Shown here piece after piece: positions 14,533-27,930 of a stretch of DNA of 64,000 nucleotides. The notes beneath the pieces are model-generated. The model saw only the letters and a program-made list of their open reading frames with translations, did not search any database and was not told where the DNA came from. Every line of letters begins with the position of its first letter. Position 1 is the first letter of the stretch. The DNA is from Podarcis gaigeae (lineage: Eukaryota), in assembly GCA_964106915.2 (NCBI GenBank), contig OZ066919.1. One strand, written 5' to 3'. A program made the translations under genes and the position numbers.

Positions 14533-15333
14533 TTTTTGTTTGCCCTGGGACATTGAAAGCCGTTGTGGATTCCCCAAATTTATATGAAGCGGAACAAAAG
14601 GCAGGTGCCTGGTGCAAGGACCCTCTTCAAGCTGCGGATAAAATATACTTCATGCCGTGGACTCCATACCGTACTGATACTTTGATAGAATATGCTTCTT
14701 TAGAGGACTTTCAAAATGGACGCCAGCAGACGACATACAAGCTTCCAAACCGAGTGGATGGTACTGGATTTGTGGTATACGATGGTGCTGTCTTTTTTAA
14801 CAAGGAAAGAACTAGGAACATTGTAAAGTTCGATTTGAGGACTAGAATTAAGAGTGGAGAGGCAATTATAAATTATGCCAACTACCACGACACTTCCCCT
14901 TACAGGTGGGGAGGGAAGACTGACATTGATTTGGCAGTTGACGAAAATGGCTTGTGGGTCATTTATGCCACGGAACAAAACAATGGGATGATAGTTATTA
15001 GCCAACTGAATCCTTATACCTTGCGTTTCGAGGCAACGTGGGAAACTACGTATGACAAACGGGCAGCATCTAACGCCTTTATGATATGCGGGGTTCTCTA
15101 CGTTGTGCGGTCCGTATACCAAGACAATGAAAGTGAAACTGGCAAGAACTCAATTGATTACATTTACAACACTCGGTTATTCAGAGGAGAATATGTAGAT
15201 ATCCCTTTCCCCAACATGTACCATTATATTGCTGCTGTGGATTACAATCCAAGAGACAATCAACTGTATGTGTGGAACAACAACTTCATCCTGCGATATT
15301 CTCTAGAGTTTGGTCCCCCTGACCCCGCTCAAG
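14533..15333 (+). CDS. ADGRL2: ADGRL2 olfactomedin-domain exon (801 nt)
   Basis: ctag|TT acceptor, G|gtaagc donor; [14 protein letters not shown]...[12 protein letters not shown]; overlaps ORF 14553..15365. Confidence 0.98.
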
Positions 15334-16943
15334 GTAAGCATTCTTTATTATCTCTATTTCTTTAAATACTAAGTTATTTTAATAGAGGGCTTGCTAATGA
15401 AAGTAGCCTTCAGTATTTTGGCAATTAAAGTACCTGTTTTGTAATGAAATGAAACACAAAAATGGATTTAAAATTGTACCTGTGCCATCTTGTTCCATAG
15501 CAACACACCCAATGGTAAGTTTCAGCTCCACATTACTAGGCTCAAGACAATCTATCCATTTGGAATAAGAAGCATGTTAGCATTGGTGTTTTTATCTGAT
15601 TTTAATCCTGAGTACAATATTTTTAAAAACTTTAAAACTATTTTCTGCCTGTGGCTGGGAAAGATGTGGTTTGAAGAACCTGATGCAGTTAGGTGCAGTA
15701 GTTCTCAGCGTGGATGCTGCAAAGGTTTGCATTTTCCAAGTCTGCAGTTTGAGCCTGAAAAGAGGATTAGCCTCTATCTTTGTAACATGCTATAACATCC
15801 CATAATTTCCCATTGGTGGAGCAAATGCAAGTCAGTGTATTCAATTTGAGAATAGCTATGGCTACTTAAAAGACTGCATCGTTATGTAAGCTGCCAAGGA
15901 GTAGTCATTTGGGAACTTGTATCACTGAGGAAATGTCTCCAGTATGCAGAACCGCGGGTGCACATACAAATATTAAATGCAGAGGATGTAGCTTTTGAAG
16001 ACTGTTTTGGCAGTGGAATTAGGAAAAGATCCACACGCACACCCTTGTAAGCTCACTAAAAACAATTTGCATTCCCGGAATGTTATTTTAGTTGTAGTCT
16101 CCAACAAAGCTGCTTTTAGTTACCTATTTTTTCACATGTTATTACTGCATATCTCTCTTCAGCTGTTACAAACTTTTACAGTGGTACCTCTATATATGCC
16201 AGAAGCTGATTCTTACTAACATTAATATGATTAAAATGCTTGTTTGAAGCATTTAATTCATATTAATGTTAGTAAGAATATACCTAATGAATTCCATTGG
16301 TGTGTAGTCCTGTGACTGTTGGAAGGATGTTCTGTGGGCCATGGGATATCTCAGTTATCATCCCTCAGTTGGAGAGACAGAATTCCCAATGCTGTAGACA
16401 GAAATCTGATGTCAGATTTCTTGCTCCCAACTAAAGGTTCTAGCACCCTGGCCCAAACATCAGATATGATAAAAAAGAGCTGGGCCAGAGACATGCCAAG
16501 AGAGAACTAAGAAACAACTGGTACCTGAAGGATCCCAAGCCATTCTGGTCCCTTGATGCACTCCCAAACTAGGAAGAAATTTAGACACACTTTCAAACGG
16601 TGTCTAAATCTCTCTCATTTCTGTCCCATTGTTTCAGTGGGAAGAGGAAAGCATTAATGTTTTTTTTTAAAAAAGTAAATAAAATAAATAAAACACAGGA
16701 AACGGACAGAGGAATGCAATACCATTCCTACACTCCCTGATGACTCAAATCATGCAGTGTTTGGGATATGGTGGTTGAACCTTTGGTTTTTTTGCTCCCT
16801 CCCCACATTAGGAATGCATCATTAGAAATTCTTGTTAAAAAAAAAGTTTAAGACTATGAGAACATTCATGCATATATTTTTTTAAAAGTGGGGAAAATGG
16901 CTCCATTTTTGTCATATTTTAATAGTTAGCTTGCTGATGTGTA

Positions 16944-17185
16944 CAGTGGTACCTCGGGTTACATACGCTTCAGGTTACATACACTTCAGGTTACAGACTC
17001 CACTAACCCAGAAATAGTGCTTCAGGTTAAGAACTTTGTTTCAGGATGAGAACAGAAATCATGCTCCGGCGGCACAGCAGCAGCAGGAGGCCCCATTAGC
17101 TAAAGTGGTGCTTCAGGTTAAGAACAGTTTCAGGTTAAGAACAGACCGCCGGAACGAATTAAGTACTTAACCCGAGGTACCACTA
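16944..17185. mobile_element. Tc1/mariner (Tigger/pogo-like) MITE
   Basis: TIR CAGTGGTACCTCGGGTTA / TAACCCGAGGTACCACTA (17/18), TA on both sides, internal CTTCAGGTTA repeats. Confidence 0.9.
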
Positions 17186-20100
17186 TATATCCAGTGCCTT
17201 TGTAAAGTTAAAGGATTTTAATACTTTAATATGTGATTTTGAGATTACGGTGAGAATTTTTCTAATTCATTTGAGATGAATTAATTGGATTTCAAAGGTA
17301 CGGATTGTGAGGATGTGAGCTTTAGAGTTCATCTCAAATTTTGCCCTCCATCTTCCATGAGCAAAACTGAACTGTCAGTCATTAAGGAAAAGAAAATCAA
17401 CTAAAGCACTTCTGCGAACATCATTTATGCGGTCAGAGTTTATACAGGCTGCTTAGAGCGATGGGATATTTGAAAATGAGGGCATGAAGTTAGCATTTCT
17501 CGGCCTTTTTGGTTTGGGAAAAGGAAGCTGCCCTAACATGAAGTTCTTAATGATGTCATGGGGTCAGTGCCTCTGCAGCAGAAGTCATGGCCTCTTCTGT
17601 TGGAATGCCTAATTTGGGGCCATTACGGAAAACTCAGCAATCTTTGCCACTTCACTTGTGATGGGAGCAGTAATGATATGTTGACCTACTCAATGAGCCC
17701 TCTGTCTTTCATCTCTCTGCCTTGTCAGCGCCTGACTGCATCATAGCTTCCTACCCCAAAAATGGTTCAAACACTGTAGACTGTCTCGCCTTTTGAATGA
17801 ACCAAGTCCTTTGTCACATCCATCTGACTTGCCCTCCTGAGCTTAGATGTTATTTTCACTCCCAAGGCCGAATGGCATTCTTGACCCCAAACGTGCGTTT
17901 TCCTGAGATAGAACAAAAGGTATTCCTTGTGTTCGCCATATTTCAGTGGCTGTGGCGTTGCCAGAACTTCCCCTCACCTTAGCCCTCTTATGGGTTCTAA
18001 AAGATGAGACGAACCTTCATAGATACCAAAGTTTCCCTGCTCCACAAGTTCCACTTTCCACAAGCTGAAAGGCAGCAGGAATGACAACAGCAGATGAGGC
18101 TAACACTTTGTCCCCACTAAACTCCCTCCCATGTTTATTGAACTCTTAAATGTCATGTCTGAAGAGGCTCCTTGATTTTTCCATTTCTGCAGTGCTGAAA
18201 CTGTACTATAACACGATTTTGCAATCCCCTCCCAGCATGCAATATCCATCAGTCTTCATGCATACCTTCATGGAATATAAAATGCCGTTTCCAAACCAGT
18301 CCTTTTAGGGGCTCAGGTATTTCTGTTAGATATGGCACAATGGCATGCTTCTGCATTGCATCATTTTGAGGATCTTATTGTCTTTGTTTTTACAGCAGCT
18401 GACTGTGGGATTGGTTTGTTCTCTCTTGCATTTTGCTTCAGCTTGCTTTGTGATGACAAGGAGACAATGTGGCCACAGTCTAGCAAGGTCCTCTGTGTGT
18501 ATTTACTGCGCCCACACACCAGACGCAGTTTTATTTGCTGGGTTTTCAGCACACCTTTTCAACACGTGCCAATGTGTTAGATACATGAGACGATCCAGTT
18601 GCAAACTTCATTAGCGTTCTTTCCCAGCTTCCCCCTTCCCCTTAAATCAACCTATATCTATATAGCTGGTGAATAAACTATCACCAGGATAGTTTGCAGT
18701 GAACTCCAGACCCACACTGAGTAATGCTCGCTTATCCCCCCCCCCCGAACTTTTCTAATTTTGACGAATCAGGTTTTGGGGCAGATGGAGAGGCGATGAT
18801 TTTACAGGAACGAAAGTTCAATTTCCCTTGCATCTGAAGAACTAGTTAAATAGTTCTTTGGATCTCATCCTGTACATTTCTCAAATATGACTGAAAGTTT
18901 TTCTTCTGAATTTACTGATAGCTGCTGAGCTACTTGCCAAGGTTTTCAGATTTGAGAAAAGTTTATTTGTAGGGTATTCCTATTCAAAGCTTCTCAGAGA
19001 TAAGTTCCACTCAGTTCAATTAAAGCTTCTTCCCTTGAAACGTGTATTAAGGTTTGTTTCCAAGGTCCTTATACGATCATCACCTAATTTTTTGTCTGTT
19101 GTCACTGAATTATCATTTATTTATTTCATAATATTTATGTACCACTTGATTGTAGAAAAAACAACAACCAGTAAAGCAGTTTACAAAAAGATAAAACAAT
19201 AAAAATGATAACCATAATTTAAAACATGCATAAAGTTAAAACCACGATAGAATAAACTAAAGCAAGACACACAAACTTTTTAAACATCTGGGTAGAATTG
19301 CCTATTGATATCAGGCAGCTGCTTTCATTGAATCCTTCTTGGTTCCTGCCTGATATCAATAAATGATCAAGTTCTTATCAATATGCTATGGGTAATAAGT
19401 AGCACCTGTAAAAGTGCCAGTAGGCACATATGGGGTAAGGCAAATTCAAAAGTGATGAAAGGATTTCCAGCCTGTGTGTTCCATAATTATCCATTTAGGT
19501 GTGATCTGACACTTCCAGGGGGGGTACATAGCCAGAAAGTGCAGCCAGAACGGTGGTGGGAAGCTGAACGGGTTGGCTGATCAGCTGCAATCTTCTTGAG
19601 ACATATCTGTAGGGGCTGCTCTAGCTGTGCTTATTGTTTTCATGTGAGAAACAATGCTGTCCCTCCTTAAACAGGAATGCTGTTGCGTGAAAGTGCTCCT
19701 TGCCAACACTCTTCATACCAGAATGCAGATGGGAACTTTATAATCCAAACAAGAGTTATTCTGTCTCTCTTCTAATCTACAGCGCAGGCTGGTCGCAGCT
19801 ATGGCATTTGGTGTGCTAGACACCATTGCAAAACTACAGCTCCTGGCCACTTGCGGGGAAAATAATGCTTTCTGGGAGCATCTCTACAGCGAGTTTGGGC
19901 CCATTTTCAATTTATTGAATAGTTAGATACATTAAAATAAAGAAGTCCTGGATTCTCATCTCTTTCCAAGAGCATGTCCCACCTGCAAGCCTTTCTCCTT
20001 TTCTACAATTCCAAGTCTGCTTGGATGACTGTGGTGCCACCTTTAGGGAAAGAAGTGTGGACTTCGCCACTCCACTCCACTCAGCCTTTGAATGGTGAAT

Positions 20101-22411
20101 AAATGGTGAACTGGTGCCGTTTCTCATTCCAAGCAAATACACAGAGCTTTTAGGAAACGATTTTACAAAAAGGGCACCCCCCCCCAAATTACTTAAAAAG
20201 AAAGATGCAGATCGTTTTTCAGACAAAGCAGATGTGTCTCAGTATTGATTTTAATAGCCACATGGGTGGCACTGGAACAGCTGCATCTAGAGTAGTGGAT
20301 AAAATTATATGCTCTTGTGATTCTAACCTCATAACTGGACCTCAGAAAGGAGCCATTGTGATCCCTTTTAGTGATGTTAAGCTGTAGGGCACAAGTGTAG
20401 CTTAAAATGAGATAGAAGCTGTCAAAAGTAAGAGGATCTGTGAGAGTATTAATTGCACTATTGTTGGTACAGATTTCTGTCGTCAGGAATGTCTTAATTA
20501 AGCACATGGTGTCACTGAATGTCTAAGATCTTAGTAATAAGGAAAAGCTTCCTAGATTCTTCTCACAACACCCCAAGATCTGAATCAGTTGTGGCTTCTT
20601 GACACTTTTTTTTTTTTTTTGCAAGTGCTTGTGACACTTTTGACAAACGTTAATTGAGAAAGCATCAAAAGCCTGGCTGCATTATAATCAGAATAAAATT
20701 ACAGAGGTTTCACACAATGTCAGGAGAGAACTTGCAGAGAAGATAGACAGATCTGGAAAGGTTTTTCCAGAAGCTAGGCTGAAAAAACAGCTCAGCAGAA
20801 TCGTGCACAGGCAGCACTCACTCAGACTAGGGGCAAGAAAACCCCCCGTGAGGCTCAATATGTTTTTGGTTTGAGATAGAAAATAACCAGAAAAACTATG
20901 ATTTGCACTCAGCTAGAAAGAGGGAACAGCCATGAACAATCACGGTAAAATACCCAGGTTTGTATTAATTATTACTAGCTAGAGCAGAGGTTCTTAGATT
21001 GCATTCCACAAGTTCTGCTCAAGACACTCCACAGAAAGATTGTGGAACAGAGAAGAGAACTTGGCTCTGCATTTGATTTAGGGTTTTTTCTCCTGATGAT
21101 GGAAGTCAAAGTTGTTTTGACCAGGGACTGCTGGATTTAATGAACAATCTAACAAGGACCTGGTTCCAGGCCCTTGATTTTCATAGTATCACACTGTTTT
21201 TGATTATCATGCCAAATAAAAATATGCGCCTCCTTCGATTTCATCCAGAAGTTAAAAATGCAAGTTTTCTGAATTAGCATCACCCTACTGCTTTACATAC
21301 ATTGGGCTAAGGTAGCTTGGCCTAGGTCCTATTGAAAGTGTGATAAGTTAGTCTTAAGTTATTTTCAGTGGGGTTGAAGTATAGCTACAATCCCAACTCC
21401 ACTTACCCAGGAGTAAGCACCATTGCGTTCACTAGGACTTAATTCTGAGTGGACAATGGCCAGGACAGCAGTGTTGGTGTGGCTCCATCCCATAGTTCCA
21501 ACTGGTCACATTTTGTCAGCTGTGCCTGTTTTCATTGGATGAATTTGGTTGATTGTGTGTTGTTTTCTATTGGTTATAGTTTGACACCTGTTTGGAAGGG
21601 GAATTGATGCTGGCTTCCATGCAGTATTTGATGTAAATAGAAATTTGTAGCTATTAAGGAATGAAAAACAAAATTGTATTCATATTTATGCAAGCCTGAC
21701 CCCCCACTGGTTGCACCGCTGCATGTAAGCGGACAAATAACAGACTCCACATCCATCCACTTTGCTCACAAAAACAGGAATATCCATTATATTAGAAAGG
21801 AAAGACAACGGTTATTAAAATGCTAGTTATGTATGTACTTTGATTTATAGGAAAACAGCAGCAGTGGTGGAAAAAAGGTTATTAAGTAGTCTGCCAAGAC
21901 CCCAAGCAATTTTTAAGTGACCCAGGGAAAAAAAGTTTGAGAACCATTCTAGAATATACATAAAATATACGAAACTAATGAGTTCCACATACAACACATT
22001 CAATCATAAATTCTTACGGACATTTTAGCCTCTTATGTTGGCATCCATTGTCCTAAAAATAATAAATAAATAAATCCACACTGAAAGATTTGTGCTTCAG
22101 TTTTCTGTGAAATATGTTTCCCTCAAAAATTATATGGAGATGATGGGATGATTAGAACTTTTGCCCACTGTAGGAGTGCAGGAAGATTTATGTTAGGCTT
22201 TTATTTTGTCAGAACCCTTGTCCCTACTCTGAAAGAACTGGAAACTCCATCTCTTTTAAAAGAAACATTCTTTTCAAGTTCTTTGAAAAGACAGCCTGGT
22301 GCCTCTCTCCTTGTTTGCATTTTGTGGTTAAATTCAATTTACATTCAAGAATATATGTTTTTGATAAGTTCTAGCCTAAAGACAGAAGAGGTTTAAATCG
22401 CTTTTTAAAAA

Positions 22412-22439
22412 AAAGAAAGAAAGAAAGAAAGAAAGAAAG
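22412..22439. repeat. (AAAG)n microsatellite
   Basis: Direct reading. Confidence 0.93.
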
Positions 22440-23363
22440 CATAAGCCTTTAGGAAATAAGTGTCAAAGGGAAAATTTTAAACCTGAAAAGTGTCAGATCC
22501 AGTTGTTTCCAGAAGGCCTGACATGGAAAGGAGTGAATACCTGTCACAGTTTGTAAATTCCTCCAGGCAGGGACCTGTCTCTTCTTTGTTTGCAAAAGTG
22601 GCAGGCACACCTGTGGAGATGATGGAATAAAAAACCCTAAGTAATGAATTGTGTTGCTCCACTAGCCAATGTTGCTTTGAATTTTGCTGCAGCCAGCGGC
22701 ACTCTAATACCCCAATGAACAGGCGGGCTTGCCAACTCTACCTTTTTTTTGGAAGGAGATTACCTTGCCACTTTTGAATTTTGAATGTACCCTTTGATGG
22801 TTGGCCTTTTTTGTTTTGTTTTGTTTTGTTTTCCTTTTCATTTTCTCTCTCTCTCTAGTTTTCCTGGAAACCGTTATTTACAATTATGACAAGCTTTTCA
22901 AGAGCGGAGATGGATCAAATCAGAGACCTGTCCCTGCAAATTATGATAAGCAGAGCTTAATTTCACATGGGGAAACCCAGGTTTCTGCCTCCCAATCCTG
23001 CAAACTTAAATTTATATATATATATTATTCAAGGGAGAGAGCCCTTGAAGTGCCTGCTTTTCCAGCTGTTTCATATGTTTATACACATAAAGTGGACCTG
23101 TATAGCCACCATGTTGAGAGCAGCATGCACACTCCCAAATAATGGCCTAAAATCCCGTGTCTACCTAGAACTTCAAGACCTGTCCTGAGGGATTGTGCTT
23201 TAGTACTTGGTGGTCCTGGTATCATGTTCTGGCTGCCTTTAGACAGTCTGGCAAAAATGCAACTTTAGGAGGCAGTTTAATAAGGATATAGCCTTCACAT
23301 TCATCCTTACTGTTCATCCCCAGTGTTTGGTGAAGCGCACTCTGTACGATTCTTCCCCTAGAT

Positions 23364-23495
23364 CAGTGTTTCCCAAACTTGCATCTCCGTTGATAGACTA
23401 CAACTCCCATCATCCCTAGCTAACAGGACCAGTGGTGAGAGATGATGGGAACTGTAGTCCAAAAGCAGCTGGAGACCAAAGTTTGGGGAACCCTG
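23364..23495. mobile_element. hAT (Charlie-like) MITE
   Basis: TIR CAGTGTTTCCCAAACTT / AAGTTTGGGGAACCCTG; 8-bp TSD CCCTAGAT / CCCCAGAT; palindromic interior. Confidence 0.88.
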
Positions 23496-23574
23496 CCCCA
23501 GATTATAGCATCTGACAGGAGTGGCTTCACCAACTAAGGGAACAGTCTCAGCTGCCTCAAGAGTGGAGTTTAAC

Positions 23575-25015
23575 TAGATTCTAACAACTCTCAGGCTGTA
23601 GCAAATATCCTCTTCTTGAGCAAGCTGTTCAAGTGAGTAGATGCCCAGGCTATCTTGGATAAAACTGATTGTCTGGATCCATTTCCATGCCTAGTTTTGG
23701 CATAAAAGCTGCCCTTGTCACACTGATGGGTAGCATGCACTCATAGATGCTGGTAATCAATCCTTCTGGATCTCTCAATAGCTTTGTGTACTACTGACCA
23801 TGGTAATCTTCTAGACTGCCTGGACTAGTGTTTTGGTGGCTCCTTCCCTGGAAGAGCCAATTCCAGAGGGTGGCACAGGGAGGAACAGCTTAGGCATTCA
23901 TACTATAGAATGCTGCTGGGTTCTATTTTCTCCCTTTTAAAAAACACATTCTTGAAATTGTTGAATGAAGTCATTTGGAGCTGAGTGCAATCAGAAGCTG
24001 TTTATGTCTACCTCTATCTTACTTTTACACCAGGAATTGCTACGTTAGGGCTTGAGATCAGTAGTGGACTAGGGAAGAGCTCAATTCTGATAAGATGTAC
24101 TTTTCAGGAAAGTGGTGTTCAACTTGTTCTGAACCAAACTGTGCTCCTCCAAAAGGGGCAGGTTTATAGTTCAGGGTATGTATGCTCATACATACAACCC
24201 TGTCAGCTGAGACCCAGGCAGTATCAACAAAGTCTGATACACCCATTGTGAAATCCCTTCTTGGAGAAAGATAGCTTAGCCACCACAGTTAGAAAGGTCC
24301 TGCTTCTCTCTAAGTGTGACTATTTCAACAATTGTATTTGGGGCTGCAAGAAAAGAGAGACTAAAATACAAACTCAAGGATGCTCATTTGTACCTGTCAT
24401 TGGGAACACATTGTGCCATTATTTAGAGAGTTCCACTGCTACCAGATCATTTCCAACTCCAACAGAAAGCATAAGCACTTACAAAACCTCTGCAGCTTGG
24501 GACTGGGATAACTGATAGAATGATTCTTTTATGTCAACCAGCTTATGTAGTAAGATAATATTCAATAGCTGATTTCCAGATATTTTGCTCATCCAAAGTA
24601 AAGTGGCTGGTGAGAATGAGGGGAACCTTCTCTGGGAGTGTGTGTGTTTGTGTATTTATGGAGCCTTGGTTCAGTGGAAGAGCACATGCTTTTCTATGCA
24701 AAAGGTCTTGGGTCTCAGGACTGGAAAAGACTGCTGTCTGAAACCCAACAGGCTGCTAAAGAATGCAGGCATAACTACATTGAACAATGATCGGAATCTA
24801 TAAGGCAGCTTCCTATTTTACACTTGCAGCCTAGTCTGATATCCTTTGGTATTTTCAGCATTTGAGGGATTTAAAAACAATGACTTTTCTTCTGCTGTTT
24901 TATTGATGGTTGGCGTTTTCTAGCATTTATTGTCCTGTTGTTATTATTTTGCTGGTTTTATTCCATAAACCACCATGTAGATTATATGCTAAAGGGTGGT
25001 ACATACATTTAGAAA
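23575..25015 (+). mobile_element. Highly decayed L2 LINE (reverse transcriptase remnant and 3' end), interrupted by a SINE
   Basis: Colinear RT-like fragments LDPF, LLDLSIAF, DHGNLL, GSIFS, LATTV...SKCDYFN, HIVPLFREFH in shifting frames; L2-like tail near 24965-25010. Confidence 0.72.
24659..24817 (+). mobile_element. Decayed copy of the same tRNA-derived SINE
   Basis: TTCAGTGGAAGAGCACATGCTTTCTATGCAAAAGGTC ... CTGAAACCC ... TATAAGGCAGCTTCCTAT, colinear with the 30724-30908 copy. Confidence 0.7.
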
Positions 25016-25896
25016 AAATATATGATGCAACAGGTTAATACACCCGACTCCCCTGGAACAGCAAAACACGGTCACTCCTGCCATGTTAAAATGAGTAATA
25101 TGAGTGAGTGAGCTCATACACAAGGCCACTTGCCACACACAGAGGCTCCCCCCCCCCCATTCAGTCCATTTAAAGTACAGTCGATGATTCTATGCCTTAT
25201 TAATTATTGTATATAGAAAGTCTAGTTGTGATAATTATTAGTCCTGAGTGGAACAGTGTAATCTTCGGCATATACTAGGTTATTTACTCTTGGGAATCTT
25301 ACGTACAATGGGAATGTTTTGTATGTGAAAAAAACCCTATGTATTTTAATTTGAATGTTGTCAGCTTGATAGAACTACCAATTACAGAACCCAAACCAGA
25401 AGTTTCTTGTTTAAATCCAGTTTTCTTGACATCAATGATTAAGCTGTCTGTGTACTTGCCATTGACTTAAATTAGTTCTTTCTTCACACCTGCTCTATCA
25501 AAATAGGGAAAGGGGAATGTTTAAAGGCTGAGATGTTGAAACACTAAAACAACACATGCATGCGAGGCTTTTTTTCTGTTTGGGTCTAATCAGGCATGCT
25601 GGAAATCTCTCAAGCAAAAATGACTGCCGGGTGGGAAGATGTTACAGTAATTATCTTGCTGTAAGTTGCAGAGTGGATGACATGAAGTTAGGGTGGTTTT
25701 TTGTGTGTAAACGGCCTGGTTATTTACAACCTACTTTTTCGTTTTGGAATCTGTTCATTTGTTGCTTCCTTGTTTGTTTTGCTTTTCAAATATAGAACTT
25801 GGTTTTATAGTGTAGATTCTGCCATGTTTTCTTTGTTTAAAGGTATCCATACACATTTTATCATACAGAAATAAATCACTATTAAGGCCTCTAGGG

Positions 25897-26032
25897 CAGG
25901 CTTCCTCAAACTCGGCCCTCCAGATGTTTTGAGACTACAATTCCCATCATCCCTGACCACTGGTCCTGCTAGCTAGGGATCATGGGAGTTGTAGGCCAAA
26001 AACATCTGGAGGGCCGAGTTTGAGGAAGCCTG
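25897..26032. mobile_element. hAT (Charlie-like) MITE, young
   Basis: Perfect 34-bp TIR CAGGCTTCCTCAAACTCGGCCCTCCAGATGTTTT; 8-bp TSD CTCTAGGG / CTGTAGGG. Confidence 0.92.
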
Positions 26033-26078
26033 CTGTAGGGAGTCGAAGTTTTTAGAAATATAACTATTTGGTAGATGG

Positions 26079-26132
<54 letters not shown>
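26079..26132. repeat. Compound (GT)n(GA)n microsatellite
   Basis: Direct reading. Confidence 0.95.
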
Positions 26133-26135
<3 letters not shown>

Positions 26136-26339
26136 AGAATATGTGCTGCCAGCAGTATACTGAGATTGCATTCCTGTCTACACTTACTCTATATTGCACT
26201 CCATGAGACTATTAGTATAAATGCTTAGGATCCTTGGTGTTCCAACCATGGAAAAGCTCCTTCCGTTTGCAGAGGGAATGGGTATCCAGGAAATGGTTCC
26301 TGCTGGATGAAGAAGGCAGGTAGATCATTTTCACTGATT

Positions 26340-26545
26340 AAGAACACAGGGATACAAGTAGAGCCCTGCTAGATCAGGCTATCCAACATCCTGTTCTGAT
26401 AGTGACCAGTCAGATACCTATGGGAAACCCACAAGCAGAACTTGAGTGTAATAGTGTTCTCCCCACTTGCGATTCTCAGTAACTACGATTCCAAGGTTTA
26501 CCACCCCTAGCACCCCTAGCAGTGGAAGTAGAACATGGCCATTCC
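26340..26545 (-). mobile_element. Older CR1-family 3' fragment
   Basis: agagccctgctagatcagg...catcctgttct...cagatacctatgggaaacccacaagcag; colinear with 45033-45380. Confidence 0.65.
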
Positions 26546-26737
26546 TTCCCACTCATTCCCCACACTGTTCCAGAGAGTCCTCCTGAGAAGCATTTAGCAG
26601 GGAGCATTGGGGGCTGCAGGGATAAGGTGGGATTGGTGAAAAAGTCACACTATATCTGTCAAATTTTTCTAAATTGTGTATTCCGCTATCTTGCCAGAAA
26701 TGGCTCTTTTGGTAGCTAGGTGGCATATTTAGGTGGT

Positions 26738-26770
<33 letters not shown>
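26738..26770. repeat. (ATG)n microsatellite
   Basis: Direct reading. Confidence 0.95.
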
Positions 26771-26977
26771 TTGATGTTACTACTGCTACTACCATCGTTG
26801 CTGCTGCTCACATATAATTTTTATCATCCAGTCATTTCCCCAGAAAACCTGGTGATTCATTCTCATATATTGAACCAATGAGACTTTAATTTTATAAGGG
26901 AAATACAGGTGTAAATGTTTTCACAACCACTTCTCTGGGTACTTCTCCTCTGTGTAACACTGCTTTTCTCTCCCCAG

Positions 26978-27274
26978 TGCCTACCACAGCCGAGACCATA
27001 ACTCCTTCCACAGAGCTGTACAAGACAACTGTGTCAACTACAAGCACCACGCCACAGAAAATTCCAATTAGCACAACATTACCTGGGGGAAAGGGGGATG
27101 AAAGCAAAGGCCCCAAGCCACCGCCAGCAGTATCAACGACCAAAATTCCTCCTGTTACAAGCTTTTTCCCTTTGCCAGAGAGGTTCTGTGAACTTGAGGT
27201 GAAAAGGGATATAACTTGGCCTCAGACTCCAAGAGGAAACATGGTGGAACGCCCCTGTCCCAAAGGAACTCGTG
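26978..27274 (+). CDS. ADGRL2: ADGRL2 Ser/Thr/Pro-rich linker and start of HormR domain (297 nt)
   Basis: ccccag|TG ... G|gtaaga; VPTTAETIT...[20 protein letters not shown]. Confidence 0.96.
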
Positions 27275-27826
27275 GTAAGACCTTAAAACTGGATTTTCAG
27301 CTTAAATAAACATTCCGGTGTCTATATCTTGAACCCTCTTTTCCTTAGCCTCGGACTATCTTTCTTATGATCTTGGCTGCTTGCAAGGAAATGGCACCTT
27401 CAGGTTTTAAGCTGTAGAGGGCATTGGAGCCTAGGTACAGAATTACATTCCAGCCCCTTTTCAAGGATTCCAGATCATAGGTCTTTGCAACAGACAGGAC
27501 TTCAGCCACACTTGCTTTCTGCTGTATTTCTCATTATGAACTCCACTTTGGATGGTTTCCAGAAAATGCTAGAGCTTTTTCTTTTTCTCTCTGTTTATTC
27601 AGTATAAAGTCTGATATTTGTTAGCATTGCTTTTAATTGGCATCATTGCCTTTTGTTACCTCATTTTCCTACAGGCTTCCTTAGTCTCTTTTAAAGCGAC
27701 TTAAGTACTGAAGCCCTAATCCAGTATTTCCCAGGTGCTTACGAAACATTTTTTTAAAAAATGTACACATGCACAAACAACTTGAACACTCTTACTTCCA
27801 TTTCATTTTTCTCATCCTTTATATAG

Positions 27827-27930
27827 GAACAGCTTCATACCTCTGCATGGTTTCCACTGGAAAATGGAACCCGAATGGTCCTGATCTTAGCAACTGTACT
27901 TCACACTGGGTAAACCAGCTGGCTCAGAAG
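27827..27930 (+). CDS. ADGRL2: ADGRL2 HormR exon (104 nt)
   Basis: atag|GA ... AAG|gtgggt; [34 protein letters not shown]. Confidence 0.96.

Noticed and set aside
14700-15122. 140-aa antisense ORF
   Set aside because: It is a shadow of the olfactomedin exon on the opposite strand, with no recognisable domain.
18830-18860. CTGAAGA followed by the hairpin GAACTA/TAGTTC
   Set aside because: No GAAA after the stem and no stem I or III, so it is not a hammerhead.
23364-26032. Inverted MITE pair as a driver of circular RNA
   Set aside because: Both copies lie in the same intron and do not flank an exon.
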